Shown: positions 50,901 through 62,400, counted from the first letter of the whole stretch. The stretch: 62,533 nt of DNA, filler included, from Bacteriovoracaceae bacterium (GCA_018649885.1; 5 parts of 5 records of this genome joined end to end with filler, not necessarily neighbours in it); one strand, 5' to 3'. Made by a program: numbers and translations. Notes: generated by a model not told the origin, from the letters alone.

Positions 50901-53740
50901 CAACGGCCACTTCCGGATCATTTGTTGCCGATGGTTCAACTACTTTTGGTGTCACAATTGAGGCCAGAGATGAGTGGGGGAATGCCACCACAACTGGAAT
51001 TGGTGCGCTTTTAACATTAACCGCAATTCAAATGGCCGATGAAGCGACAGTTGATGCTGTAGCAAATGGCGCTGGCTTAGACCTTGCGGGTAGTGCTAGT
51101 AAAAGCTTTACTGGGTTAACCTACCGGGTTTCTCACCAAGCAGAGTTTGTTGCCACTGATACTAATGCAAAAACCACGCCTTCAGGTATTAGAACTAATG
51201 CCACCTTTACGGCCGTAGCGGCGACAGTAAATGACTATCTCATAGATACTTTTTCTACAACGACACCCACAGCTGGGGTTGCCCTTACGGGCAAAATTTA
51301 TGCTAGAGATATAATGGGTAATACCCTAACAGGGTTTGATGGAACTCTTGATACATATAGTTTTACAATCGGCTCTGGTGCTAATAGCTCAGACTATTCA
51401 AATGCTCCTTCTCATCCTTCAGGAACATCAACTTTCACAAGTGGTGTTTCTGCAAATATTTCTTTTACTTTTTATAATGAAGAAACAGTGTCTCTGGCCA
51501 GTTTCACTCTTAATGATGGAGCGGGGACAAATGTGGCGGCCAGTGCTTCTGCCAGTGCTATTACTGTAGGTGAAGATGCATTCAATCACTATTCAAACCA
51601 AACATCATCTGGCACATATGATGCCGATGGAACGACTGTATTTGATGCGATTTTAAAAGCTAGAGATCAGTGGGGAAATATTGTCACAGGAGACGCCTCT
51701 ATCAGTCTTGGGGTCAATCAAATTACTGGTGGATCAGCGGGAACGCTTGGTGGTTCAACTACCTCTATCAATATGACAAGTGGAACCTCAACAATCAGTG
51801 ATTTAACCTACGATGTTGCTGGACAAATGGAACTAACTACTTCTGGTGGAACTGTTTCACTAACTGCTGGTCAATCTGTTGACTACACCTTTGGCTCTAC
51901 CCCTGCTTCCATTGCTCAGTATGCTCTTTCTTGGACCGCTAACCCTACCGCAGGGACACCTTTTGTTATAACTGTGACAGCTCAAGATGTTGGTGGCAAT
52001 ACGGTGACAGATCAAAATGCTCATCTCAATGGCCTGACATTCTCATTTGCTGGGTTGAATAATTCCCCTGAGTCCGATGCACCTACTCCGTCGGGGACTT
52101 TTTCTATTACAAACTTTGTACTGGGAGTGGGAACGACTCCTGTGACATTTGTGAATGCTGAGGCAATTACAGCTGGAAATTTAACACTCACAGATAATTA
52201 CGGCTCTCCAAGAAGTGGTACAACAGGGTCTACAATTACTGTCAGCCCCGATGCTGCTGACCACATTGTGTTTGTGGGAGCCACTTCGGGAACTGGTGAC
52301 AATTCTACCAACTACTCTGTAACAATTGAGGCAAGAGATCAATTTGGTAATATTAATGCCACTGGAAATGGAGCGGATGCAAGTCTTGATCTTGAAAGTG
52401 AAAGAGTTTCTGGGCTTACAAATGTAGGACCTCTCACTGGTACAGGAATTACTACTATTGACTTACAAAGTAATGCGACTGTAACAATTAGTGATATTAA
52501 TTACCAGGTTGCCCACACTATGCGCTATAAATTTGCAGCGGGGACTCCCTCAAGTATTGCTATCGATAATACCCGTTCAACTGTGGTGACGTGGGCCATG
52601 GACAAAGCGACTGTGGCCTCTTATACAATTGAGCCGGATAATGGCACTGTTAAAGCGGGGACTGCAACAAATTTTACTCTTACTGCCTTTGATGGTGGTA
52701 GTAATATTATTGTTGGTGAGGATGCTACTTTAAATACGATTAATTATACTTTTACCACTTCAACTGATTGTGATGCTCCTCTTCCTCCAGAAACTGCTGG
52801 TGGAAGTGATCCCGCCAATACTACCAAAACTTTTACCAATGGGATAACTAGTTTATCTTATACATTTTATGATACGGCCGTTGCATGTTTGACTGCAGCT
52901 GATGTCAGAATTGATGATACAGACAATACTCTTTTTGCAGTCAATGTAGGCACCATGACCATTACTCAAGAGGTTGCTGATCACATTGAATATTCAACGG
53001 GTACTGCTCAGACATCTGTTGCAGATATTTGTTCTGCAGCCTTGATAACAGTGAGAACCTTGGATCAATTTGGAAACATAACCACTGATAATCCTGGTGG
53101 AACCACAGTCAATCTGAGTTCAGACTCGACAGGTGACACTTTCTATACAGATGCTTGTACGAGTTCAACAACTTCAGTAGTTGTGGCCGATGCGACTTCG
53201 ACTCAAACTTTCTATTATAAGGACACATTATCTAGTAGTCATATCATGAGTTTGACAGTGGGGGGATTTACTTCTCAGCCTGTGGACACTGATACTTATA
53301 CTATTAATCCTGCAGTTGTTGATTATATAGAGTATTCCACTGGCACAACTCAAACGCTTGCTGCGGGAGTTTGCTCTGCAGTTATAACTGCTAGGACAAA
53401 AGATCAGTTTGGCAATATTACAACTGATAACCCTGGTGGCACTCTTATTAATTTAACTACAGGATCTGGTAGTGGAACTTTTTACAGCGATGCCTGTAGT
53501 ACGTCTACTACCGCTGTGACAGTGGCCGATGCAAGCTCGACAAAAACTTTCTACTATGATGACACGCTTGATAATGGTCCGACCTTAACTATGACTGGGC
53601 CAGGTTTTACAACTCAGAATGTTGACACAACAGTTTTTACAATTAATCCAGCTGTAGCTGATCATATTGAGATTATATCTGGAAGTGGGCAGACCTCTGT
53701 CGCCGGAGTTTGTTCGGCAACTGCTATAACTGTAAGAACA
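47978..53740 (+). CDS. Giant Ig-like repeat surface lipoprotein/adhesin (3' truncated)
   Basis: Lipobox-like NISC plus poly-G/S linker; Big_1-like first domain; many T/S/A/G-rich repeats with (A/T)xDxxGN. Confidence 0.88.
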
Positions 53741-53840
53741 NNNNNNNNNNNNNNNNNNNNNNNNNNNNNNNNNNNNNNNNNNNNTTAATTAATTAANNNN
53801 NNNNNNNNNNNNNNNNNNNNNNNNNNNNNNNNNNNNNNNN
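53741..53840. other. Artificial contig linker
   Basis: N-run with TTAATTAATTAA. Confidence 0.98.
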
Positions 53841-54874
53841 CCACCAAATCCGTTATTTCTCCCGGAAATCACACCCTTGAAATTGAGCACAACCTTTCAA
53901 GTGGAATTAAATTTAACTACGCAGGAGTCTCAGTAGGTTTTTTCATGAGTGATCTTGGTGATCGTAACTTTCTTGAAAAATACTTACCCACAAACCTTGA
54001 GTACGATCATTACAAAATGAATATTATCCTTAATTTCACCAACACAATATCAAGACTTGTTCAGGCCAATGGCGCTGTCAAATCCCTTGGCAAGAACTCT
54101 TGGGAAATAGACTACCCCGCCTACTTTACCACCTCAAGTGTTTATCTCCACAGTTTTCCCGACATTGGAATTAGAAAGCTAGAATGGGTTCACACTGCAA
54201 GTGATGGCAGGAAAATACCAGCAACCGTCTACACTAAAAGCTCAAGAGTTAGACCCGATAACTTTAAACGAAATACAATCAAAATTTTAAAAGAGCTCGA
54301 CCGAGACTATGGTCCCTTTCCCCACAACAAAATCGTCATCTACGGCGTTGGACCAATGAATGGTGGAATGGAGCATTGTGGGGCCACAATAACTTCTGAG
54401 CGTGCACTAGGACATGAGCTAACCCACTCCTATTTTGCCAGGAGTGTAATGCCCAAAAATGGTAACTCAGGATGGGTTGATGAGGCGATCGCCAGCTGGA
54501 GAGATTCCCGCTACAAACGTCTGGCCAGCACCACTTTTGGTGGCAGCAATATGGGTAAGCATTCCCCCTATAGAAGAACAACAGATAAAAAGGCTTACAA
54601 ACAAGGGCGAGACTTCCTCGCTCACTTAGACTATCTTTTAAGAAATAAAAAAGGACTTAGATATTACTTAAATGAATTTCATCAACGCTTTCAGCACAGC
54701 TCAGTATCTACAAAAGATTTCGCAAACTTTCTAAAATTTCAATCAGGTGAAAACTTTGACAAATTATTTGAAAAATATATTTGGGGAGGAGCTTCTCCGA
54801 TTTTAGGCCTTGAGGATTTCTCAAACCCGAACCATCCCAAATTATCCGAGGCGCAACTGAAAGCGTTACTTTAA
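53841..54874 (+). CDS. M1-family (gluzincin) aminopeptidase, 5' truncated
   Basis: GGMEH, HELTH and WVDEAIA motifs. Confidence 0.88.
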
Positions 54875-54895
54875 CTAGACCTTTAACTTAGAGCT

Positions 54896-54938
54896 AAATA
54901 GCAGACACCCATTCCAAAAGATTGTGTGTTTGCTATTT
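54896..54938. terminator. Stem-loop between convergent genes
   Basis: aaatagcagacac...gtgtttgctattt. Confidence 0.55.
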
Positions 54939-54976
54939 GATGCTAAATCACAAAAGATTTGTAACGATTAAATAAT

Positions 54977-55612
54977 TTATTTTGCCCATAACTCTAACTC
55001 AATATTAACTTCATCACCCAAAACAAAACCACCTACATCCATAACTTTGTTCCATGTTATTTTCCACAATTTACGGTCAATGAGACCTGTTACTTTAAAT
55101 TTATGAGCATCTCCAATTAGCCCAAGATAAACTAAATAAAGGCTCACAGGTCTAGTAATTTTTTTTATTGTGAGATCCCCCTTCACCTCCACAGTCCTAT
55201 TTTTTTGAACAATTACTGGCCTATTTGAGATGAAAGTCATCTCCTTAAATTTCTTTGTATTGAAGAAATCCACATCTTCTCTAAGCTTTTTATCTCTTTT
55301 GACCTTTCCTGTATCAATGGAGTCAACATTTATTAGGGCCCAAACACTTCCCACGGTCCAAGTTTTTATATCGAAATCTATATTTGCCTTAAATTTCTTA
55401 AACTTTCCTTTAACCGGAGCACCAATTTTAAACTTGTAAATAGAGAAGCCCAGAGTCGATTTTTTTGTAATTGTATAAGTTTTTGACCAAGAAATAGAAG
55501 GAGCTAAGACAACCAAGGCGATAATCAATAAATTTAATTTAGATCTAAAATGGAACCAACCAACTCTACCCATAACAAAGTCCACAATCGGGACACTCAC
55601 TAATATCCCCAC
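54977..55612 (-). CDS. yceI: YceI-family lipid/polyisoprenoid-binding protein (start uncertain)
   Basis: SIDTGKVKRDKKLR...FFN, GDLTIK and IDRKLWKITWN...LGDEV motifs. Confidence 0.88.
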   Translation of the reverse strand: MGILVSVPIVDFVMGRVGWFHFRSKLNLLIIALVVLAPSISWSKTYTITKKSTLGFSIYKFKIGAPVKGKFKKFKANIDFDIKTWTVGSVWALINVDSIDTGKVKRDKKLREDVDFFNTKKFKEMTFISNRPVIVQKNRTVEVKGDLTIKKITRPVSLYLVYLGLIGDAHKFKVTGLIDRKLWKITWNKVMDVGGFVLGDEVNIELELWAK

Positions 55613-55931
55613 TCATGCTTGCACCACATGCCTGGCACTTATTATCAGCATTTTCAGCATCATAAACAGCTGTAATTGCTTCATGGTTTACTTCATGACC
55701 TGAAAGATTATGGGAAAACTCTTCTTGCATTACCTTGATCACCATCTCTTTGTCTTTTTCCTTCCCCCAAAGCTCACAGGTCGGGGAACAACCAGTTGTG
55801 CATGTGTTCTCACTGGCCAGCATATCCAGCTCAACACCTAAGTTTTTAAATTTTGATTTAACCATCTTGGCCTCAGAAATAGATAATATTCCTAAGCAAA
55901 ACTTATCTTCCATTAGATATACCTCACTCAT
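55566..55931 (-). CDS. Small protein with C-terminal zinc ribbon
   Basis: CQACG...CPDCGL and CTTGC motifs. Confidence 0.75.
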   Translation of the reverse strand: MSEVYLMEDKFCLGILSISEAKMVKSKFKNLGVELDMLASENTCTTGCSPTCELWGKEKDKEMVIKVMQEEFSHNLSGHEVNHEAITAVYDAENADNKCQACGASMSGDISECPDCGLCYG

Positions 55932-56000
55932 ATAATTGTACCTTATTACTATAATTTATATCCCGAATATAGGCCATGCCTAACCTCTTAAGGTGCATTA

Positions 56001-56831
56001 GTGAGTAAGCCGTGGAAAGAAATAATTGAGGAACTTGACCAAGAACAGTTAAAAAAACTCGCTTTGAAGCAGCGAGATGAAATTGATGAACTTGCTCGCC
56101 TCCTTACACTCTACAAAGAAGTTTCAGTCCACCAAACTCGCCTAGCGACCATGGGAGAAATGTGTGGTGGCATAGCTCATGAGATTAATAACCCTTTGAC
56201 TATAATCAATGGCTCACTTTTCCTGCTAGAAAGACAATTTCAAAAAAAGGATGCACGACCTGAAGTTATAGCAGGACACTTTGAGCGCATCCATGAAACC
56301 GTGTCTCATATTTCAAGTGTCGTAGTAAATATGAGGGCGATGGTTGTCAAATGTGAGGGTACTGCAAAACAAGTTGTAAAAATAAATGATCTTTTTTGCA
56401 AAAGCTTAATTTTTTGTGAAACGAAATTTAAAAACCGAAGCATCAAACTAGAGTCAATTTGCCAACAAGGTTTATCTATTAATTGCCAGCCTACTCAAAT
56501 AACCCAAGTTCTTTTAAACCTCTTTTCTAATTCATTTCACGCCATAAAAGATTTAGAGATCGAGAGGTGGATTAGCATAAAAGCGTGGTCAGAGAATAAT
56601 CTCATCTATATACGTGTTATTGATTCAGGTAATGGAATAGATAATGAACATGTAAAAAGTATTTTCACCCCCTACTATACGACCAAAAGTATTGATGAAG
56701 GTACAGGGGTAGGACTTAGCATTTCAAAAAAGATTGTTGAAGAGCATCAGGGAACGCTTGAATATAAACTGGTAGATGGCAATACTTGCTTCGAGATGAG
56801 CTTTCCCTTCCCCTTAGAAAAAAAATCTTAA
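56001..56831 (+). CDS. Cytoplasmic sensor histidine kinase (NtrB-like)
   Basis: AHEINNPL H-box, N-box, DSGNG, FTPYYTTK and GTGVGL. Confidence 0.93.
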   Translation: MSKPWKEIIEELDQEQLKKLALKQRDEIDELARLLTLYKEVSVHQTRLATMGEMCGGIAHEINNPLTIINGSLFLLERQFQKKDARPEVIAGHFERIHETVSHISSVVVNMRAMVVKCEGTAKQVVKINDLFCKSLIFCETKFKNRSIKLESICQQGLSINCQPTQITQVLLNLFSNSFHAIKDLEIERWISIKAWSENNLIYIRVIDSGNGIDNEHVKSIFTPYYTTKSIDEGTGVGLSISKKIVEEHQGTLEYKLVDGNTCFEMSFPFPLEKKS

Positions 56832-56931
56832 NNNNNNNNNNNNNNNNNNNNNNNNNNNNNNNNNNNNNNNNNNNNTTAATTAATTAANNNNNNNNNNNNN
56901 NNNNNNNNNNNNNNNNNNNNNNNNNNNNNNN
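56832..56931. other. Artificial contig linker
   Basis: N-run with TTAATTAATTAA. Confidence 0.98.
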
Positions 56932-57062
56932 ATTCATAATATTCCTTTTGGATGGATTTTTGTTTGGCGATAAAAATCATATCAAAAGAATTAACTACGG
57001 CCATTACGCATGGCCGTAGTTTTATGAAATCATTCAACTATTTTCTTAAGTTAGCAGCATTC
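56932..57062 (-). mobile_element. IS4-family left end (TIR, internal hairpin, transposase start)
   Basis: Reverse complement of 62401-62531. TIR at 57045-57062 matches 23688-23705. Hairpin aactacggccat-tacgc-atggccgtagtt. Confidence 0.88.
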
Positions 57063-57321
57063 GCCCCTGGCACCTTTTTCCTTTTTCCCTGAATGAAGAT
57101 TATGCAGGATGAAATTGGACTATCCCCTATCTGTAGTAGTTTTAACCATAAAAACCACATATCTCAAATCCTGAGACAATTATTTACTTCTTTATTTGAT
57201 GCGAAATACTTGATAGTAAACTATAGAGGACCCGTTCCACGGCGGCTCTAAAAATAGCAGCCATTCCTTGGTGGTTAGAGTCGACAGACCCCGGGGCAAT
57301 GATGAGAATGGATTCAATCTA

Positions 57322-57352
57322 TCAATTCCATTGCGGCAATTCCATTGAGGCA
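57322..57352 (+). repeat. Module A fragment, tandemly duplicated
   Basis: tcaattccattgcggc-aattccattgaggca. Confidence 0.7.
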
Positions 57353-57666
57353 GCAAACATATAACGGCCTCTAGAGTTTAAAACGAATCCTGCGCGGATC
57401 GGGCGAGAAGACTCTAGCGGAAACACCTCGAGATCGAGATTAGGACGATCACCATGGCCATCCCGGCCGGACACCACATAAAAGTTAGTAAGTCCCTGTA
57501 TAAAGCTCGGCGAGTAGTAATGTGGTTTTCTTTTTTTGATGCAACTACAGATAAATGTTAGTCCTTTGTCGAAATTCTTCCTTTAGCGGCGCCCACTCCA
57601 ACAGTCTTGCCTGTAGGATCCATCAGCCCTCAAAGTGAAGTTCACTTTTACATCGAATATTAGATT

Positions 57667-58746
57667 CTAACGAAAGGGGAGTTTTTCGGTGAGCAGTGGG
57701 ATAATCTGATTGATATGTAATTTTTCTTTTCTTATATATTCAGAGATTGCATGGTGAAAATGTGGGTCTTTAAATTTATGGGCACTATATGTTTTGACTG
57801 GTCTAAATCCTCTTCCAATTTTGTGTTCACCTTGTGCTCCGGCCTCAAATACAGATAAAGATTTTTTTATACAAAATTCAATTCCTTGGTAATAGCAAAG
57901 TTCAAAGTGGAGATTTTTAATATTTTCTGTGGCCCCCCAATAGCGTCCATAAAGAGTATCAGAGCTATGAAAATATAGTGATCCGGCAATAGCATTCTCA
58001 TTTTTCGTTGCTTGAATATAACATATATTGTTTTTTAGTTTTTCAAAAACCTTTGTAAAAAAACTCTCGCTTAGATAAGGGATCGCATTTTTATAAGAAA
58101 TGGTGGATAGATAAAATTGATACATTTCACTGGCGTGATTAGAACTAAGTTGATCGCCTGTATACTGATTAAACTTTATCTCCTCTGGAAATATTCTTTC
58201 TTTTCTTATTTGCTTGGCCTTCTTATTTTTTAAACTCGATAGAAAGTCATCAAAAGATTGAAGACCTTCACTCATAAAGTGATACTGGAAGCTGTCTCTC
58301 AAAATATAGCCTTGTGACTCAAAGAAATTTAATTCAAACTCTGGCAAAAATAAGAAGTGGGAAGAAGAAAATGGATTTTCAAGGTAGTATCTTTCGTACT
58401 CTTCCATCACCTTATTAGATGTCTCGCCAATAAAGTGTGGTGAGGTGGCCGAAGTAAATGGGATCATTGAAGTTAATTTAGGGTAATAAGGAATTTGATG
58501 AGCATTATAAGCATTGGCCCAATCCCAATCAAAAATATATTCGCCGTAGCTATGACTTTTAATAAAGCTAAAAAGAATCGATTTTCCCGGATCTTCTAAA
58601 TAGATGGGCTGCCAACCAGAGTTTTGACCAATACAACCTTCATCTTCTAATGTCTGAAAGAACTGATGATCCAAAAAAGGAAAATTCTTGGGTTCAAGGC
58701 CTTTCCAGTTAGTATTTTGAACTTGGTGTTTTATTTCGATAGGCAT
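57667..58746 (-). CDS. FemAB-like GNAT protein (DUF482)
   Basis: KSHSYGEYIFDWDWA, LYGRYWG, LHFELCYYQGI and GAQGEHK motifs. Confidence 0.93.
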   Translation of the reverse strand: MPIEIKHQVQNTNWKGLEPKNFPFLDHQFFQTLEDEGCIGQNSGWQPIYLEDPGKSILFSFIKSHSYGEYIFDWDWANAYNAHQIPYYPKLTSMIPFTSATSPHFIGETSNKVMEEYERYYLENPFSSSHFLFLPEFELNFFESQGYILRDSFQYHFMSEGLQSFDDFLSSLKNKKAKQIRKERIFPEEIKFNQYTGDQLSSNHASEMYQFYLSTISYKNAIPYLSESFFTKVFEKLKNNICYIQATKNENAIAGSLYFHSSDTLYGRYWGATENIKNLHFELCYYQGIEFCIKKSLSVFEAGAQGEHKIGRGFRPVKTYSAHKFKDPHFHHAISEYIRKEKLHINQIIPLLTEKLPFR

Positions 58747-58762
58747 ATTATTTTTTCAGAGT

Positions 58763-60835
58763 TTAATAATTAAGTAGTGAAGTCACTGCTTCATATATTT
58801 TTTCTTCGTCTGGAAGTGTCGCCCTTTCGAGTATCCGGTTAAAACCAACTGGAGTATATAGTGCACCAACCCTCATTACGGGTGCATCTAAAAAATTAAA
58901 CCCTTTTTCGCTAATTAAGGCCACCAATTCTCCCCCAAATCCAGCAAAAACTTTATCTTCATGAACAATCAAGGCCCGATTTGTTTTTTCAACGGAATCT
59001 AGTATTGCTTTTTCATCAAGTGGATTGAGCGAAAGGAGGTCTATGACTTCAACGCTTATTTCTTCAGCTTCCAATCTTTCAGCCACTTTTAGGCACATGT
59101 GTATAGTATTGCCATAAGTAAGAATCGTTAGTTGTTCTCCAGATTTTCGAATACGGGCCTTACCAAAAGGTACTTCAAAGTCATCTGGAACTACCGCCAT
59201 AGATGCCTTGGAGTTGTATTGGGCTTTAGGTTCTAGGTATAGTGTTGGACCTTGAGATTTTATCGCCGTTCTAAGAAGCCCTGCCGCATCATCTGCAAAT
59301 GTGGGATAAACCACTCTGAGCCCAGGAAATGTTGTAAGTGTTGCTTCAATATTTTGCGAATGATAAATACCTCCTCCAATATATCCACCAGATGCAAGGC
59401 GAATAACTACATTTGGAGAAAATTGACCACTGGTTCTCCAGTAATCATGAGAGCATTCCACAAGTTGCTCCATGGCAGGCCAAAAATAATCAGCAAATTC
59501 GGCACCTTCAACTACAATTCTAATTTCTTTTTTGTAGCGACTAAGACCATTGGCAGTTCCGACTATATAATCTTCAGCGATAGGGGCATTAAAGACTCGT
59601 TTTTCACCAAACTCCTGTTGCATTCCTTTACTAACGTTAAATATTCCACCTTTTTCTTTATTGGCCATATCCTGCCCCCAAATATAAGTGTCTGGGTTTT
59701 CTCTAAAACAACTTTTTAATGTTGTATTGAGGGCCTGCAGAAGAGTAAGAGGCTCACCCTGCTGATTGTGAAGACCATCCGGATATATATGAGGAATGTG
59801 GGCCGGGGGGACTACGAAATCAAATATTGTAGCTGGATCTGGATCTGGCGCTGTAATGGCACTACTATGAGCAACCATTACTTCATTTTTATTTTCCTGG
59901 TCAATTTTTTCGAGTTCTGCCTCAGTAAAAAGTCCACTTTGCAGTAGATAGTTTCTAAATTTAGTATATGGATCTTTTGAAAGAGCTAACGCCAACTCTT
60001 TTTCATCGCGGTACCAATCTTGCCTATCTGAATTTGAGTGGGGTCCTATTCTCACTACTTCGGCATCGACTATAACAGGATGGCCTTTTTCTTTAACAAT
60101 TTTTTTGGCATCTTCCATCGCCTTAACTGCACTCTGTACATCAAGTCCATCTACTTTAATAATATCTAAATTTTTAAAACCTCGAAAATTATCAGACATA
60201 TGATAATTGGCCGATTGATCAGACTTAGGCACACTAATGCCGTATCCATTATCTTGAAAAACAAAAATTACCGGGAGTTTTTCCTTAGTAGCACCGTTGA
60301 TTGCCTCATAACAATATCCTTCTGAAACAGAAGACTCACCTTGTGAGCATATGGAGACAGCGTCTTCGCCATAATACTTTATACCTCTGGCCACTCCAAC
60401 TGCGTGAAGAATATGGTTTCCAGTGCAAGATGATACATTGTGAATATTGATGGAAGGTTTGGCAAAGTGATTTGACATATGTCTTCCACCTGAGGCGACG
60501 TCGGTTGCTTTGGATATCCCATTTAAAATAATCTCCTCTGCGCTCATACCTGCGGCCAAGCAAGTTAGCATGTCTCTGTAGTACGGAAAAAGGTGATCAC
60601 GTCCAGGCTCAAATATTAAGCCTATAGCAAGTTGGATAGCATCATGTCCGGCATAGGGGGCGTGGTAAGACCAACCTAAAGACTGCTTTAGGTAGTTGGG
60701 GGCCCTTTCATCTAAGAGCCTGCCGAGATTGAGAAGACCATACCAATAAGAAAGAATTTTTTTATCAATAGTATTTTTGTACAAAATGGACTGCCTTGAA
60801 GGAATTACTATGAAACTATAGCATTTACATGACAT
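58763..60835 (-). CDS. Fused alpha/beta E1 component of a 2-oxoacid (branched-chain type) dehydrogenase (start uncertain)
   Basis: TPP motif GESSVSEG...QDNGYGIS; HSNSD; FNAPIAE; HSQN; LEPK; RALIVHED. Confidence 0.92.
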   Translation of the reverse strand: MSCKCYSFIVIPSRQSILYKNTIDKKILSYWYGLLNLGRLLDERAPNYLKQSLGWSYHAPYAGHDAIQLAIGLIFEPGRDHLFPYYRDMLTCLAAGMSAEEIILNGISKATDVASGGRHMSNHFAKPSINIHNVSSCTGNHILHAVGVARGIKYYGEDAVSICSQGESSVSEGYCYEAINGATKEKLPVIFVFQDNGYGISVPKSDQSANYHMSDNFRGFKNLDIIKVDGLDVQSAVKAMEDAKKIVKEKGHPVIVDAEVVRIGPHSNSDRQDWYRDEKELALALSKDPYTKFRNYLLQSGLFTEAELEKIDQENKNEVMVAHSSAITAPDPDPATIFDFVVPPAHIPHIYPDGLHNQQGEPLTLLQALNTTLKSCFRENPDTYIWGQDMANKEKGGIFNVSKGMQQEFGEKRVFNAPIAEDYIVGTANGLSRYKKEIRIVVEGAEFADYFWPAMEQLVECSHDYWRTSGQFSPNVVIRLASGGYIGGGIYHSQNIEATLTTFPGLRVVYPTFADDAAGLLRTAIKSQGPTLYLEPKAQYNSKASMAVVPDDFEVPFGKARIRKSGEQLTILTYGNTIHMCLKVAERLEAEEISVEVIDLLSLNPLDEKAILDSVEKTNRALIVHEDKVFAGFGGELVALISEKGFNFLDAPVMRVGALYTPVGFNRILERATLPDEEKIYEAVTSLLNY

Positions 60836-61345
60836 AGATCAATGAATTGAGCACATATCCATAAATATAATTATGGTTTTGACTTCCACGCTGCACAGAG
60901 CCGTGCCTTATTAAAGAGGAAAAGCTCTGCCCTCAATGTAGATTTCCAAATTCTTGTCGTATAAATACCCTCTTTTGAGCTTTTAAAAAATTATAAAAGT
61001 AACTATTGCTTATAATGGTAACTTAACAAAAAAGTTAAGCGGGCCGGTTAGGTGCGTGTTTCCTGGTAAGTATATTAGCTTGGCATCTTTTTTTTAAGGG
61101 CAAGCTCCGTTTTGATGGTGCCAAAAACTGTAAACTTTCAATAAATATCAACAGACTTCACTGGTAAGTAAGTTATCTCCTTAGTACATATTTCACCTAG
61201 TTGGACATGGGGTATTGCCAGGTGATTGTCTAGAAAAATGACAAATATGTAATTGCTGGATGAAGTCTATAAATACTTACAGCAGAGGGTTACTCTAGGG
61301 CCAATTAACTCTATATGTAAAAATATAATTATTTGGAAGTATGAA

Positions 61346-62332
61346 ATGAAAAATTTAATTACATTTACTCTTTTATTAACACATTTGAGCACAGCTCAAG
61401 GCAATCCCCTCCCCTCTGAGCTTATGGAGCGAGTAGATCAGAATCAAGATTTGTCAACTTGTCTTGCGCAAAGTTTGGCCCAGATAAAATCTAAAAGAAG
61501 AGAGCTTTATAATAAGAAAAGTGAGATTTATTATAAATATTGGAATGCCAAATATTTTTCTCTTTCTGATGCAGAAAATGATCTTGCAGCTTTAGGAGAA
61601 GAAATTCTAGAGTTTAATAGCTGTCAAGATAACCAAATTAAAAACGACCCTGGCCTAAAAAGCAAATTAGAAAAAGTTGATTGTTTGGCCAATACTTCTA
61701 TATTTGCGCGTACCTACTTACCAAATACAGGTAAAATATTTATCTCTGAAGCCAAAATTAAATTAAACCGAGAATGTGAGGTTGGAAAATCCAATGAAAA
61801 TATAAAAGTTCAGGTTAATGACTCAAGTGAAAAAACACTCGTTAGTAAATTTAGTAACGTATGGACGTTGAAAAATAAGATTGAATGCCAAGTACAATAT
61901 CAATTAAGCAATTCTTCGATTAGAACATTCTCGTTTAAAGAAGGATTATCTCCCAGTTCTTTTGGTATTAATGACAACTTTCCTTTTGGAAGCACAATCA
62001 AAACAAAAGTTCATAATACGAGATCAACCTCATTTAACTTTCATGAAACCCAAAAGATCGAAATTACAACTGATGCAGACTCAAGCTCTTCAAGCTTTTT
62101 CATGACATTTCTTCCCAGTGCTCTCTATATTGAACTGACTATCGATGAAGGAAGAATTGTTAATTCTAATTTTTTAAATCAAAACCTTTACAGCGACGAT
62201 TTATGTATAACAGAAGTAATGGACGGGTCTGAAATTGGTAGGATTCCTGGTGAAGCATATTACCGCGCTTACCTGGGGGAAGGGCCCTTAATTTATGGAA
62301 GCAAAAGAGAATTTGAAGTTAGACAATATTGA
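61346..62332 (+). CDS. Secreted hypothetical protein
   Basis: MKNLITFTLLLTHLSTAQG signal peptide. Confidence 0.7.
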   Translation: MKNLITFTLLLTHLSTAQGNPLPSELMERVDQNQDLSTCLAQSLAQIKSKRRELYNKKSEIYYKYWNAKYFSLSDAENDLAALGEEILEFNSCQDNQIKNDPGLKSKLEKVDCLANTSIFARTYLPNTGKIFISEAKIKLNRECEVGKSNENIKVQVNDSSEKTLVSKFSNVWTLKNKIECQVQYQLSNSSIRTFSFKEGLSPSSFGINDNFPFGSTIKTKVHNTRSTSFNFHETQKIEITTDADSSSSSFFMTFLPSALYIELTIDEGRIVNSNFLNQNLYSDDLCITEVMDGSEIGRIPGEAYYRAYLGEGPLIYGSKREFEVRQY

Positions 62333-62400
62333 TTAAAAGAGTAAAAGAGTGCCTAAAAGAGTGCCAGACTACAAGGCGCAATGTCCAACGTACCTGGCAC

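Noticed and set aside
9122..56931. Repeated TTAATTAATTAA motif and ORFs ending in X...LIN
   Set aside because: Artificial linkers. The ORF ends at 9177 and 53788 are artefacts, and cross-linker gene adjacency is not biological.
1762..60563. Numerous short antisense or alternate-frame ORFs (for example 5272-5646, 28520-28888, 59252-59719, 9307-9630)
   Set aside because: They lie wholly within well-supported genes and have no motifs or RBS, so they are shadow ORFs.
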